From IMG/VR virus record IMGVR_UViG_3300048762_000252, positions 32,001 to 96,000 of that record: 64,000 nt of DNA; one strand, 5' to 3'. This stretch comes from a virus. Taxonomy: Duplodnaviria; Caudoviricetes. The position numbers and the translations under genes were made by a program. Shown here one piece after another: positions 17,814 to 25,992 of this stretch. Below the pieces are notes generated by a model. The model saw only the letters and a program-made list of their open reading frames with translations, ran no database searches and was not told the origin of the DNA. Numbering within the stretch: position 1 is the stretch's first letter; every line of letters starts with the position of its first letter.

Positions 17814-19766
17814 ATGCAAACCTTTTTCCAGTTCACTGAAGCCACGCATTGCGAATCACCATATAAAGAATGGGGAATTATACATCCTCACACTGGAGAA
17901 ATTACATCTGGCGACGATCATCCAACTGCTAATAGTCATCCAGATCTGATAAAAAAGTTGCATCCTCACCGAAAGGTTTCATTTTTTTCACCAGATACAA
18001 AAAAAGCAGATTACGCTCGATATGCCCTTGATGGTAGTCGTAGTCGAGCCGGGGCATTGTATCTTCAGACAAATGATAGGAACAAAAAAGGTGTACTACA
18101 AGCCTGGAAGAATTTGCCTGTGCATTCATCGGGCAAAGTAGTGTTGATACATAATCAAAACAATGGCAAAGAAATGTTTCATGATGATGCCAGAAAATTT
18201 CTAGCAAGATCTGAAAGCTTTTTGAAACCAAATTTTCTTCATTTAATAGAATCCGAAGCTGACGATTATAAAGGCTGGATGAGTCCTTCCGGTCATCCAC
18301 ATTACTTTGAATCTTGGAAGGAACACGCAGAAAATCACCATCCAGAATATTTAAAAGGTCATCCACGGCGTGTATCATCTAATCATTCTTGGGAATCATC
18401 TAATCATTCAGATAATTGGGACACAGCACAAATTACTGGTGCATTGAAACAAGGTTATGTTCGATTTGGGAAGTCAAAAGACAGCATACATGGGTTTCAT
18501 ACTTTTATTCATTATGATGCAAAGCATCCACAAGGACACAAGACTGCTCTTCACACTCTTGAACATTTGAAGTTAGGTCATAATGAACCTGTGGCAATTT
18601 CCGGTCATTGCGGAAGCATATTTTCATACAACGTCAATCAACAATTAGGAGATAGCGGAGTTTTGACATCTTCTCAAGCAGCTAGAGAGTTACACAGACG
18701 CATAAGAAAACTCAAAGAGTCTTATCTGGATGAAGGTTTCATAAATTTCGGTGACTTCAATTTAGAACAAAAATTCCATTACTACAATCAACTTTTATTC
18801 GGCAACAAGGTTCCGCCGTGTCCAATTGTATGGTCCGATCTGAAGGGAAAAGTCGGTCTCACCACCTTCATGCACAGAGGCAGAGAACTAGTTCCCGGTT
18901 CAATGAAAATTGAAATTTCCACTCGATTTAAACGAACAGAAGAAATGCTCAATTCAACACTCATCCATGAAATGATTCATGGTTACTTGGCTGTGAAAGG
19001 ATATCCAGATGAACAACATGGATTTCGTTTTAGAGCGGTGGCGTATCAATGTACACAGACAACTGGCATAACAATTGCCGTTACTGATTTGCTCACAGAT
19101 CTAGAATTAACGTCACCACATGATGTAGAGACCACAGTTTTATTTTGTCAAAGTACACGAGATAAACAATGGTTCGGTATTTTCTACAACGGCACAGCGT
19201 TTGATGATCCACGAAAGCAGAATGAATTGAAAGCATATTGGGGAAGAGCGGGAGTGCTTCCAAATAGTTTTGGTAATAATGAAATCTTGGTGATTAAAGT
19301 TCAAAGCAGCTTGATGACGAAATATAACACTACTCGTTCTATATCTCATCAAAAATGGTATGGTGTATCTGAATCTGAAGCACAAGACATACTCCAGCAT
19401 GGCAAGATTTTATTCAAAATCGTATCTGGGTCTGTATCGCATGAAGATGCTGCTAAGATGATGCCGTCGAAAATGACACTTGTGGTATTGCGAACTAACC
19501 CTCGCACAAACGAAACCGCAGTGTGTTTCTATATGCCAAATTTGGGACATGATATTTTCTCACTCAGAGCGATCAAAGAAAATTGGCAAAAATATTTTCA
19601 TCATGGATACAATGTAGAAATTTTCTTTGCCAATACAACAGTTTTCAATCGTGGATTCAAAATGCTCCGTGATCCAAATAAAGTTACCATATATGTACTG
19701 AAGCCGGATACAGTAGCAGAACTGCGGAGAACTGCTCAGTATCTAGAGCGGTGGGTACAACAATGA
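17814..19766 (+). CDS. putative capsid-internal polyprotein ending in a SprT-like zinc metalloprotease
   Basis: IP-like N-terminus MQTFFQFTE; F..YN..LF...P....W...TLIHEMIH......HG..F; late promoter at 17802. Confidence 0.75.
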   Translation: MQTFFQFTEATHCESPYKEWGIIHPHTGEITSGDDHPTANSHPDLIKKLHPHRKVSFFSPDTKKADYARYALDGSRSRAGALYLQTNDRNKKGVLQAWKNLPVHSSGKVVLIHNQNNGKEMFHDDARKFLARSESFLKPNFLHLIESEADDYKGWMSPSGHPHYFESWKEHAENHHPEYLKGHPRRVSSNHSWESSNHSDNWDTAQITGALKQGYVRFGKSKDSIHGFHTFIHYDAKHPQGHKTALHTLEHLKLGHNEPVAISGHCGSIFSYNVNQQLGDSGVLTSSQAARELHRRIRKLKESYLDEGFINFGDFNLEQKFHYYNQLLFGNKVPPCPIVWSDLKGKVGLTTFMHRGRELVPGSMKIEISTRFKRTEEMLNSTLIHEMIHGYLAVKGYPDEQHGFRFRAVAYQCTQTTGITIAVTDLLTDLELTSPHDVETTVLFCQSTRDKQWFGIFYNGTAFDDPRKQNELKAYWGRAGVLPNSFGNNEILVIKVQSSLMTKYNTTRSISHQKWYGVSESEAQDILQHGKILFKIVSGSVSHEDAAKMMPSKMTLVVLRTNPRTNETAVCFYMPNLGHDIFSLRAIKENWQKYFHHGYNVEIFFANTTVFNRGFKMLRDPNKVTIYVLKPDTVAELRRTAQYLERWVQQ

Positions 19767-19848
19767 AACAACTACTTTGGAAAATATGCCCGTACAAAGA
19801 TCTAGTTTTCTTAGCTACGATCCTGATTTTTCTTCTTTGTAGGTAAGA

Positions 19849-20070
19849 TCAGCAATGAAATAAGTAGTGCATGTGCGTTTCTGGATTTTCTTCACATGGG
19901 CAAGGGTGAGGTTGACCGCTATGAAATTGCTTGTCTTCTGAAAGCGTCCATTGGCTTGCAATGCCAGTAGGATATCTTTCATTCAACCGCTTTGTGATTT
20001 CTTCGAGCGTCAGTGATGAACATACGCTTGCGTTACAGATTCCTATGCTGTATGCTTCAAAGTCCTTCAT
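19849..20070 (-). CDS. small Cys/His hypothetical protein
   Basis: AGGAG SD before MKDFEAY; SVCS...PTGI...W...P.PC......H..F.C. Confidence 0.6.
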   Translation of the reverse strand: MKDFEAYSIGICNASVCSSLTLEEITKRLNERYPTGIASQWTLSEDKQFHSGQPHPCPCEENPETHMHYLFHC

Positions 20071-20747
20071 TTCTTTCTCCTTATTACCTTTTCTTCGGTG
20101 TGTATCTTGCACGGATAATTTAAAATGCCACCCTGTTGCGTCAAGATGCATGTTTTATCAGATTGAATGCGACGAGCTTGATACATTTCCAACGCTTCAG
20201 CAAGTTGCGACTTTGTGATATGTGGAACATTGTTGCCAAACCAAAATTCAAACACATAGCTGTCTGGTGTAGTGCATCCAGATACACGATAACTTTTTTG
20301 TTCTGGTGATGTCCACCAACCATGGAATTGGATGAGTAGGTGGATGAATAGATTGATCTGCTATAAATGCACTCGTGCGTGCGCCTACGAAGACACCAAA
20401 GACCACCAAAAATGCGACAGCGAAAAAAGATAAGAGCTTCATACTAAACGCTATAGTGTAGATTGGCCATTCTCCATCTTCCGGCTGATACAATTTGCCC
20501 TGGCCGGGCAAATTTTCAGCCTTCAAAATGGCTAAAAACGGATGGGCGGGTCGATTGGTTTAAAAATCATTTAGCCACCTTTTCCACATGCCTCTATTTG
20601 CTCTTTAGAAGCCACGTAGCCTGCTTTGGCGAGTTCAGCGTGGATAGATGGCTCCAAAACTTTCATGCCAGCCAGGAGCCTTAAAACGCCAGATACAGCT
20701 ATGCTTTTCATACTTTCAGTTTAGCAAAGATATACTTTGGTGTCAAA

Positions 20748-21347
20748 TTAGGAAACGTAAGCGGTGATTTCGTAGTGATTCGATTCCATTTTGTGCCAAG
20801 AGACGGCCATGTAGAGACCATTGCCAATATCGCACGGCGGATGCAAACGGCCATCAGGATCATTGACTTGACCGACGACAGTACGATCTTCAAATTCATG
20901 CCAATTCAAACCGCACGAAGCGATGGCATCTTGGATCATACCGAAGGCGTGAGCCTTGCCGGGATGATAGGTCTTGTTGATCGGCATCAGTAAACCATTA
21001 AGCTTGTTTTTGGCTTTTCTCTTTGTGGATGCATCCATGGTTGTGGTGTATGGATCACGATAATCATCATGCTGGCTTGATACATAAGAGACGATTTCGT
21101 ATCGACCACTCTCCATGCGCTTCCAGGTCATCGTAAAGTAGATGTCCGCACTCACTTGGGCGTGCAACCGACCTTCGTCGCCATGTACGTGGTCACGTAC
21201 TTTGCTTGGGTCCAAGTCATGTCTTACCAGCACGCCGGTAATGTCATTAAGAGGCATTCCAATATGACGTTGAAGATTGACCGATTGAAGTTCCGTATTG
21301 ATCTTGGCGGTAAGAGCTTTGGTTTCGGCTGGTGAGAATTTTTTCAT
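20748..21347 (-). CDS. late hypothetical protein with duplicated domain
   Basis: YFTMTWKRMESGRYEIVSYVS / YMAVSWHKMESNHYEITAYVS; TAAATA-N5-ATG. Confidence 0.7.
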   Translation of the reverse strand: MKKFSPAETKALTAKINTELQSVNLQRHIGMPLNDITGVLVRHDLDPSKVRDHVHGDEGRLHAQVSADIYFTMTWKRMESGRYEIVSYVSSQHDDYRDPYTTTMDASTKRKAKNKLNGLLMPINKTYHPGKAHAFGMIQDAIASCGLNWHEFEDRTVVGQVNDPDGRLHPPCDIGNGLYMAVSWHKMESNHYEITAYVS

Positions 21348-21595
21348 GAAAGTATTTATCTCTTGTGGCGGGTAATTCAAGCGGGAACGAAAACCCGGTT
21401 CCAGGATTTATCTGGACACCACACCCGCCACAAAACCTTTAACCGATTGCCCAACTTGGTCTGGTACCGTCTTGAGCAGCAAAAAGAGCTTCAGTGCGTT
21501 CCTTATACGTGGGCGCTTTGCCGGTTAGACGTTCGTACAGTCGAAGCCAGCCCTGGTATTTTTCTGCCACTCTGCCTTGAAGTTGGATAATCATG

Positions 21596-21967
21596 TTATT
21601 TTTCCGAATCTGCGTAATGCCACCCATCAACTCCAGCAACCATTGCCTTTGCCAGAAGCGATGCGCCGACACGAACTGTCGAACCAACGAAGAGAGATCT
21701 CCGTGGTGTGCCCACAATCTTGGTGATTTTCACCGTCGCCGTCGTGCGGTTGATCTTGATTACCAGCGCTTCGTATTGGACGGAATCGTAGGTGAACTTC
21801 ACCGGATCACCAGCCATGATTGCCGAAAGTGTGACCGCAGCGGCAGCTTGCCGTGTGCTGGTGGAAAGTGGCAAAGATGGATTGTATGTATTCAACGCAT
21901 TCAGTATGGCTGTGCGCTCGATAGTCGATGCCGTGGCGCAAAACGTGAGAACATCTGTGAGCGTCAT
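21596..21967 (-). CDS. hypothetical protein, SH3-like C-terminus
   Basis: GDPVKF.......V.KINRTTATV...RV.ASLL. Confidence 0.5.
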   Translation of the reverse strand: MTLTDVLTFCATASTIERTAILNALNTYNPSLPLSTSTRQAAAAVTLSAIMAGDPVKFTYDSVQYEALVIKINRTTATVKITKIVGTPRRSLFVGSTVRVGASLLAKAMVAGVDGWHYADSEK

Positions 21968-22311
21968 TTCAGCCCCTTGAGTTTGGCAACAACATCTTCT
22001 GGCAGATTGTACTTTATCACACTTCTCATCCAATCTCGATGCCCATCCCATGTCTGTGTCATATTTTCAATCCTTCAATCCAGTACCAGTTCTTCACGAA
22101 AATGCCAGATAGCGGTGGCCGCAGCGAAGTCCAGATGATGCCATTGGCGTATGCAACGGGTGGCTTCCACAGCGTTTAATACTGGACCGTTGTAGAAAGT
22201 TTCTCCATCCCAGGACATTTCCATTTGTCCGTTCGCAACTACGACTTGAAGTTTCGTTCCATTCATGACTTAAGAATAACATAATCTCGACTAGAATGTC
22301 AATAGGTACAT

Positions 22312-22593
22312 CTAATGAATTTCCATGCGGCGTTCCATTTCGATGTATCGTTTGTAATCTTCCGGCGACACTCGTTCTTTGCCTGTACCGTTGCACGCTC
22401 CACACTTCGGTTGGCGACCATGACGATCCGTATTGTCGTATAAGCCACCGCCGCCGCAAGCGAAGCAAGGAATGGACTTCCAGCCTTCAACGAATCGCTT
22501 GTAATAGGCAGTGCGGGCGGCTTTGCGGGATTTATAATCGTCAGCGGCCAGCACAGCCATACGCAGTCGAGACTCTTCTTGATAATCGTTCAT
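22312..22593 (-). CDS. small DnaJ-type Zn-finger protein
   Basis: CFACGGGG...CGACNGTG; leaderless behind a sigma70-type promoter. Confidence 0.65.
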   Translation of the reverse strand: MNDYQEESRLRMAVLAADDYKSRKAARTAYYKRFVEGWKSIPCFACGGGGLYDNTDRHGRQPKCGACNGTGKERVSPEDYKRYIEMERRMEIH

Positions 22594-22599
22594 GATTTG

Positions 22600-22628
22600 A
22601 GCATATCACAAACAGAGCCGAAAGTCAA
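22600..22628 (-). promoter_or_regulatory. sigma70-type early promoter
   Basis: TTGACT-17-TATGCT, ATG 6 nt downstream. Confidence 0.65.
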
Positions 22629-22642
22629 GAAAGATGTATCAA

Positions 22643-22921
22643 TTATTTTGGTCCGAAAACTCGTCCCAATTCCAAGTTCCATGCTTCTTTAAATTCGGGG
22701 GTTTTGTACAGATCGGTTAAAGCGGTTCGTTCAGGACGTGGCAATACCAAAATCCAATCGGCTGGAAATTTGTCACCATCCACGAATTTCCCGTGCGCCG
22801 GGTCATGCTCTTCTTGAATCCGGCCACATATAGCGCAGCCTTCGCCTGTGTACGTGCGATGCAATGTGTATGGATGATTGTCGATCTTTCGGTACTCTTC
22901 ATCCGTGAGCTTCATCTTCAT
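22643..22921 (-). CDS. hypothetical protein
   Basis: ORF downstream of promoter 22973-23001. Confidence 0.5.
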   Translation of the reverse strand: MKMKLTDEEYRKIDNHPYTLHRTYTGEGCAICGRIQEEHDPAHGKFVDGDKFPADWILVLPRPERTALTDLYKTPEFKEAWNLELGRVFGPK

Positions 22922-22972
22922 ATGGGGCGGCTGGTTCCGCTAACCCAACCGCCCTTTTGCCTTTTTGATTTT

Positions 22973-23001
22973 ATTGTAGCATGAAAGCATTACGGTGTCA
23001 A
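22973..23001 (-). promoter_or_regulatory. sigma70-type early promoter
   Basis: TTGACA-17-TACAAT with extended TG. Confidence 0.7.
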
Positions 23002-23013
23002 TAGATGTAGAAA

Positions 23014-23090
23014 TGGAGGGCCTGAAGAGACTTGAACTCTCATTGTCCATTTACGGTATTTCGTTTAGGAAACGAAGCCGGTACAGGCCC
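23014..23090 (-). tRNA. non-canonical tRNA-Arg(CCT) lacking a D-arm
   Basis: acceptor GGGCCTG/CAGGCCC-TCCA, anticodon arm TTCGT-TTCCTAA-ACGAA, T arm GAGAG-TTCAAGT-CTCTT. Confidence 0.75.
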
Positions 23091-23567
23091 CTTCAATACC
23101 CCTGCATGTACTGCACCATGACAATTGTGACAGAGAAGTACGCAACTGTGTAGTTCCTGCTTTATACGCAGCTTCGACCAACCTCGCATGTGCGTAAAAT
23201 TAGGATCTTTCTGAGCGGGATCTGTATGATGAACGGCTAAGGAACACTGAAATTTTTTGTACCCGCAGATACGGCATTTTCCACCTAGAAAGTCTCGTGC
23301 AAATTGTTTTCGCCCTTCACATCGTGTCTTGTTGTAAGTAGCGTGACAAACCATGCACATTGAACGCATCTTGCCATAAAAGCAAGAAGGGTTTTCTTCT
23401 TCACATTGAACACAGAAAAAAGCAGAGACATAGCCGATGGGTCTGGTCCGGTGCAAACCGAAGGGAGAGCATTTAAGGCAATAACGACGTGCGCTAAGAT
23501 TCCTTTTCTTACCAAACACAAATACAAAATTGGGAAAGCAACTTCCACAGTTGTCACAGATCGGCAT
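23040..23567 (-). CDS. tRNA-associated HNH endonuclease
   Basis: GGKC.ICGY......L.VHH.DP..KD...E...C.LLCHNCH..VH. Confidence 0.85.
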   Translation of the reverse strand: MPICDNCGSCFPNFVFVFGKKRNLSARRYCLKCSPFGLHRTRPIGYVSAFFCVQCEEENPSCFYGKMRSMCMVCHATYNKTRCEGRKQFARDFLGGKCRICGYKKFQCSLAVHHTDPAQKDPNFTHMRGWSKLRIKQELHSCVLLCHNCHGAVHAGVLKGPVPASFPKRNTVNGQ

Positions 23568-23586
23568 AGTTCACTCTTCGTAAAAT

Positions 23587-23665
23587 TGGTATCCCTGACT
23601 GGACTCGAACCAGCATTGATCCATTTACTCGGCTACGCATTAGAAGTGCGTTGAGATACAGGGAC
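23587..23665 (-). tRNA. non-canonical tRNA-Arg(TCT) lacking a D-arm
   Basis: GTCCCTG/CAGGGAT-ACCA, ACGCA-CTTCTAA-TGCGT, GCTGG-TTCGAGT-CCAGT. Confidence 0.75.
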
Positions 23666-23671
23666 ATAACT

Positions 23672-23746
23672 TGGTAGACCCGGCAGAATTCGAATCTGCA
23701 TTTTAGCGTTCGGGGCGCTATATCCTTTCCGTTGGATGACGGGTCC
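23672..23746 (-). tRNA. tRNA-Arg(CCG)
   Basis: cloverleaf; TAGCG-CCCCGAA-CGCTA; CCA end. Confidence 0.88.
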
Positions 23747-23752
23747 AAAACT

Positions 23753-23857
23753 TGGTGGAGTGAACGGGAATCGAACCCGCCATCTCTGGCCGAGAATGCC
23801 ACTTTCGCTCGGTGCCAACCGATCCCAACCGCCGATGGCTGGACACGTTTTCACCCC
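23753..23857 (-). ncRNA. 105-nt tRNA-like RNA with Ala identity (G3:U70, A73) and atypical body
   Basis: GGGGTGA/TCACTCC-ACCA acceptor, GCGGG-TTCGATT-CCCGT T arm, three internal hairpins. Confidence 0.7.
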
Positions 23858-23863
23858 AAAACT

Positions 23864-23939
23864 TGGTGGACCGGGTGGGAATCGAACCCACAACTTCTTG
23901 ATTAAGAATCAAGTACTCTGCCAATTGAGTTACCAGTCC
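23864..23939 (-). tRNA. tRNA-Lys(CTT)
   Basis: cloverleaf; CTTGA-TTCTTAA-TCAAG; CCA. Confidence 0.93.
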
Positions 23940-24172
23940 AAAACTTGTTTGCCTTCTACATTTGCCGTAACATTCCAATCCGGCAAACCATTATTCACAC
24001 CAGCTTGTTTAGCTTTGTGCTTCATCTGGAGCGATACTTCGCTCATTTTCAGCACTGGCTTCACTTGCGGTTCTCTTGCAACTGCTCTACAATCTTCTTC
24101 CAGGCATACGTTGATGTACCCTGGATGGTTTCGGGCGGGAGTAAATTCCTCGCCGCAAATTCTACAAATCAT
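23930..24172 (-). CDS. small Zn-finger protein inside the tRNA cluster
   Basis: MICRICGEEF...C....C with AAGGA SD. Confidence 0.6.
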   Translation of the reverse strand: MICRICGEEFTPARNHPGYINVCLEEDCRAVAREPQVKPVLKMSEVSLQMKHKAKQAGVNNGLPDWNVTANVEGKQVLDW

Positions 24173-24240
24173 TTTCTTTTCCTTCTGCCGCTCCCGGCTA
24201 AATTCACGGTCACTCAACAGCGACAGCGAAAAACTAAACT

Positions 24241-24314
24241 TGGTAGCCATCCACAGAGTTGAACTGCGATTCTCTGCATGTCATACAGGCGTCCTACCAT
24301 TGGACGAGACGGCC
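24241..24314 (-). tRNA. tRNA-Val(GAC)
   Basis: GGCCGTC/GATGGCT-ACCA; CTGT-ATGACAT-GCAG anticodon arm. Confidence 0.8.
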
Positions 24315-24359
24315 ACTTTAAACTCAAACCTACAAAATGCACTAATCATAAATATATTT

Positions 24360-25085
24360 ATGACTTTACTAAAAGAACAAATTCTAAACTTGAGATCAAA
24401 AGGTTATTCATACAACCGCATTCAAAAACAACTTAAATGTTCTAAAGGAACAATATCCTTTCATTGTGGGAAAGGACAAAGAGATAAAACAAATATTCGT
24501 TGTCAAATAAATCGAAAAAAGAATCCCACATTTACATGTACTCATTGCGGGATTGCCTTTCATCGAAAAAAGAGAAGCTCTATTTTTCCAAACAATCCTT
24601 TTTGCTCAGTTGATTGTTTTCGTAATCATCAACAATCTAAATGGAAATGTAAAAAGTGCAATGTTCAAATCAATAAAAGACGATCATATTGCAATCAATG
24701 TCGGAAAAAATACATACGACCACGAGTTGTATCACCATACACATCAACGAAAAGGCACCGTCAACGCATCAAAGAACGGGCCGTAGAATATAAAGGCGGC
24801 AGTTGCGTCGTTTGCGGATATAATCGTTGTCTTCGATCTCTTGAATTTCATCATATAGATCCTAACCAAAAAGATTTCACTATTTCACAAGGTTCTCATC
24901 GATCTTGGAACGATATAATTTCTGAATTAGATAAGTGTATTCTTATCTGCTCCAATTGTCATTGTGAAGTTCATGATGGTATGATTTCAATAGATGATTT
25001 GGTAGTCCCGGCTGGATTTGAACCAGCGACCTCCGGTTTCGTAGACCGGCATTCTGAATCCGCTGAACTACGGGACCACATTTAA
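24360..25085 (+). CDS. HNH endonuclease with HTH and Zn fingers, antisense to tRNA cluster
   Basis: KGGSC..CGYNRC..SLEFHHIDP..KDF...ELDKCILICSNCH.EVH; TAAATA-N5-ATG. Confidence 0.88.
   Translation: MTLLKEQILNLRSKGYSYNRIQKQLKCSKGTISFHCGKGQRDKTNIRCQINRKKNPTFTCTHCGIAFHRKKRSSIFPNNPFCSVDCFRNHQQSKWKCKKCNVQINKRRSYCNQCRKKYIRPRVVSPYTSTKRHRQRIKERAVEYKGGSCVVCGYNRCLRSLEFHHIDPNQKDFTISQGSHRSWNDIISELDKCILICSNCHCEVHDGMISIDDLVVPAGFEPATSGFVDRHSESAELRDHI
25000..25077 (-). tRNA. tRNA-Arg(ACG)
   Basis: CCGGT-CTACGAA-ACCGG; CCA. Confidence 0.93.
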
Positions 25086-25103
25086 AATAAATTTTCAAAG
25101 AAC

Positions 25104-25179
25104 TGGTTGGCGTGGATGAATTTGCATCATCACTCTCCATCTTATCAGGATGGCGCTTCACTATTTAAGCCACACGCCA
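25104..25179 (-). tRNA. tRNA-Ile(GAT)
   Basis: CCATC-CTGATAA-GATGG; T loop TGCAAAT; CCA. Confidence 0.85.
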
Positions 25180-25217
25180 GTAAAACTTTTCTCAATTAAT
25201 TTTTGTGCTGAAATTTT

Positions 25218-25293
25218 TGGTGGGTCTGACGGGCAACGATCCCGCAACTTCTTGGTTAAAGGCCAAGTACTCTGCCAATTGAGTTACAGACCC
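25218..25293 (-). tRNA. tRNA-Lys(TTT)
   Basis: CTTGG-CCTTTAA-CCAAG; T loop ATCGTTG; CCA. Confidence 0.9.
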
Positions 25294-25355
25294 AAGAATT
25301 GAATCTGCGATAGCAGCCAGCCACACACACAGCACAACGAATGCAATAGCGGGCG

Positions 25356-25406
25356 CTATCGCTTTCGTTTACTAATGCTCCTGACTCTAATTCGTGTGCG
25401 TGTCAT
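25356..25406 (-). CDS. putative leader peptide MTRTRIRVRSISKRKR of the tRNA operon
   Basis: 16 codons plus TAG between late promoter and first tRNA; codons match downstream anticodons. Confidence 0.6.
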   Translation of the reverse strand: MTRTRIRVRSISKRKR

Positions 25407-25427
25407 AGTCTTTGCCTTGCCTTTTCG

Positions 25428-25435
25428 TATTTATA
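25428..25435 (-). promoter_or_regulatory. late promoter for the tRNA operon
   Basis: perfect TATAAATA on the - strand, 135 nt upstream of tRNA-Lys. Confidence 0.75.
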
Positions 25436-25546
25436 CGCCGTGAGAGGGCAGACTACCCCACGGCACTACTTAATGCGCCCTACCAAGGTTTCGGTGACCT
25501 TGATTCATCAGCGGTGAACTGTTGCGTTTCACCAGCTTCATTTACT

Positions 25547-25954
25547 ACTTTACCACTGTTCTCTGAACTTGTCAAGATCTAAAATAGCCATGATAACTCG
25601 CCTTGCGGCGCAAAGTGTTATCCAAGGTACGATCTTTCAACCGCACAATCATCATGGCTCCTGGTTCGATGTTTCCATCAACCATCTTCTTTACTCTACC
25701 ACGGATATTAAATCCTGTCAAGTCCTATGTTTGGCCGATGTGGTGTACGACGCATCGGCCAACAATTTGAACGGGAACCTCAAATGAGCGGCAGCGACCT
25801 CACACACCGTTCGTTGCGTGACCGCATCATTCGACTCGGCTTGACCGCCCCGCATTACCGGGTAGAGCCGATTCACCATCAGCGGCGTTTACCTTGCGAT
25901 CTGGAAAACCGGATGGCTCAATTTCAATATAACACAAAGCCGGAATGCTGTCAA
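25547..25954 (-). promoter_or_regulatory. three tandem sigma70-type promoters
   Basis: TTGACA-17-(TG)TAAAGT 25547-25575; TTGACA-17-(TG)TAGAGT 25693-25721; TTGACA-17-(TG)TATATT 25926-25954. Confidence 0.65.
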
Positions 25955-25992
25955 GTCGGCTTATGAAGATATTCATAATCTAAATATAGCCT

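Noticed and set aside
23736-24359. N-terminal 208 aa of the 449-aa ORF 23736-25085
   Set aside because: It is antisense read-through of tRNA genes; the plausible start is ATG 24360 behind TAAATA.
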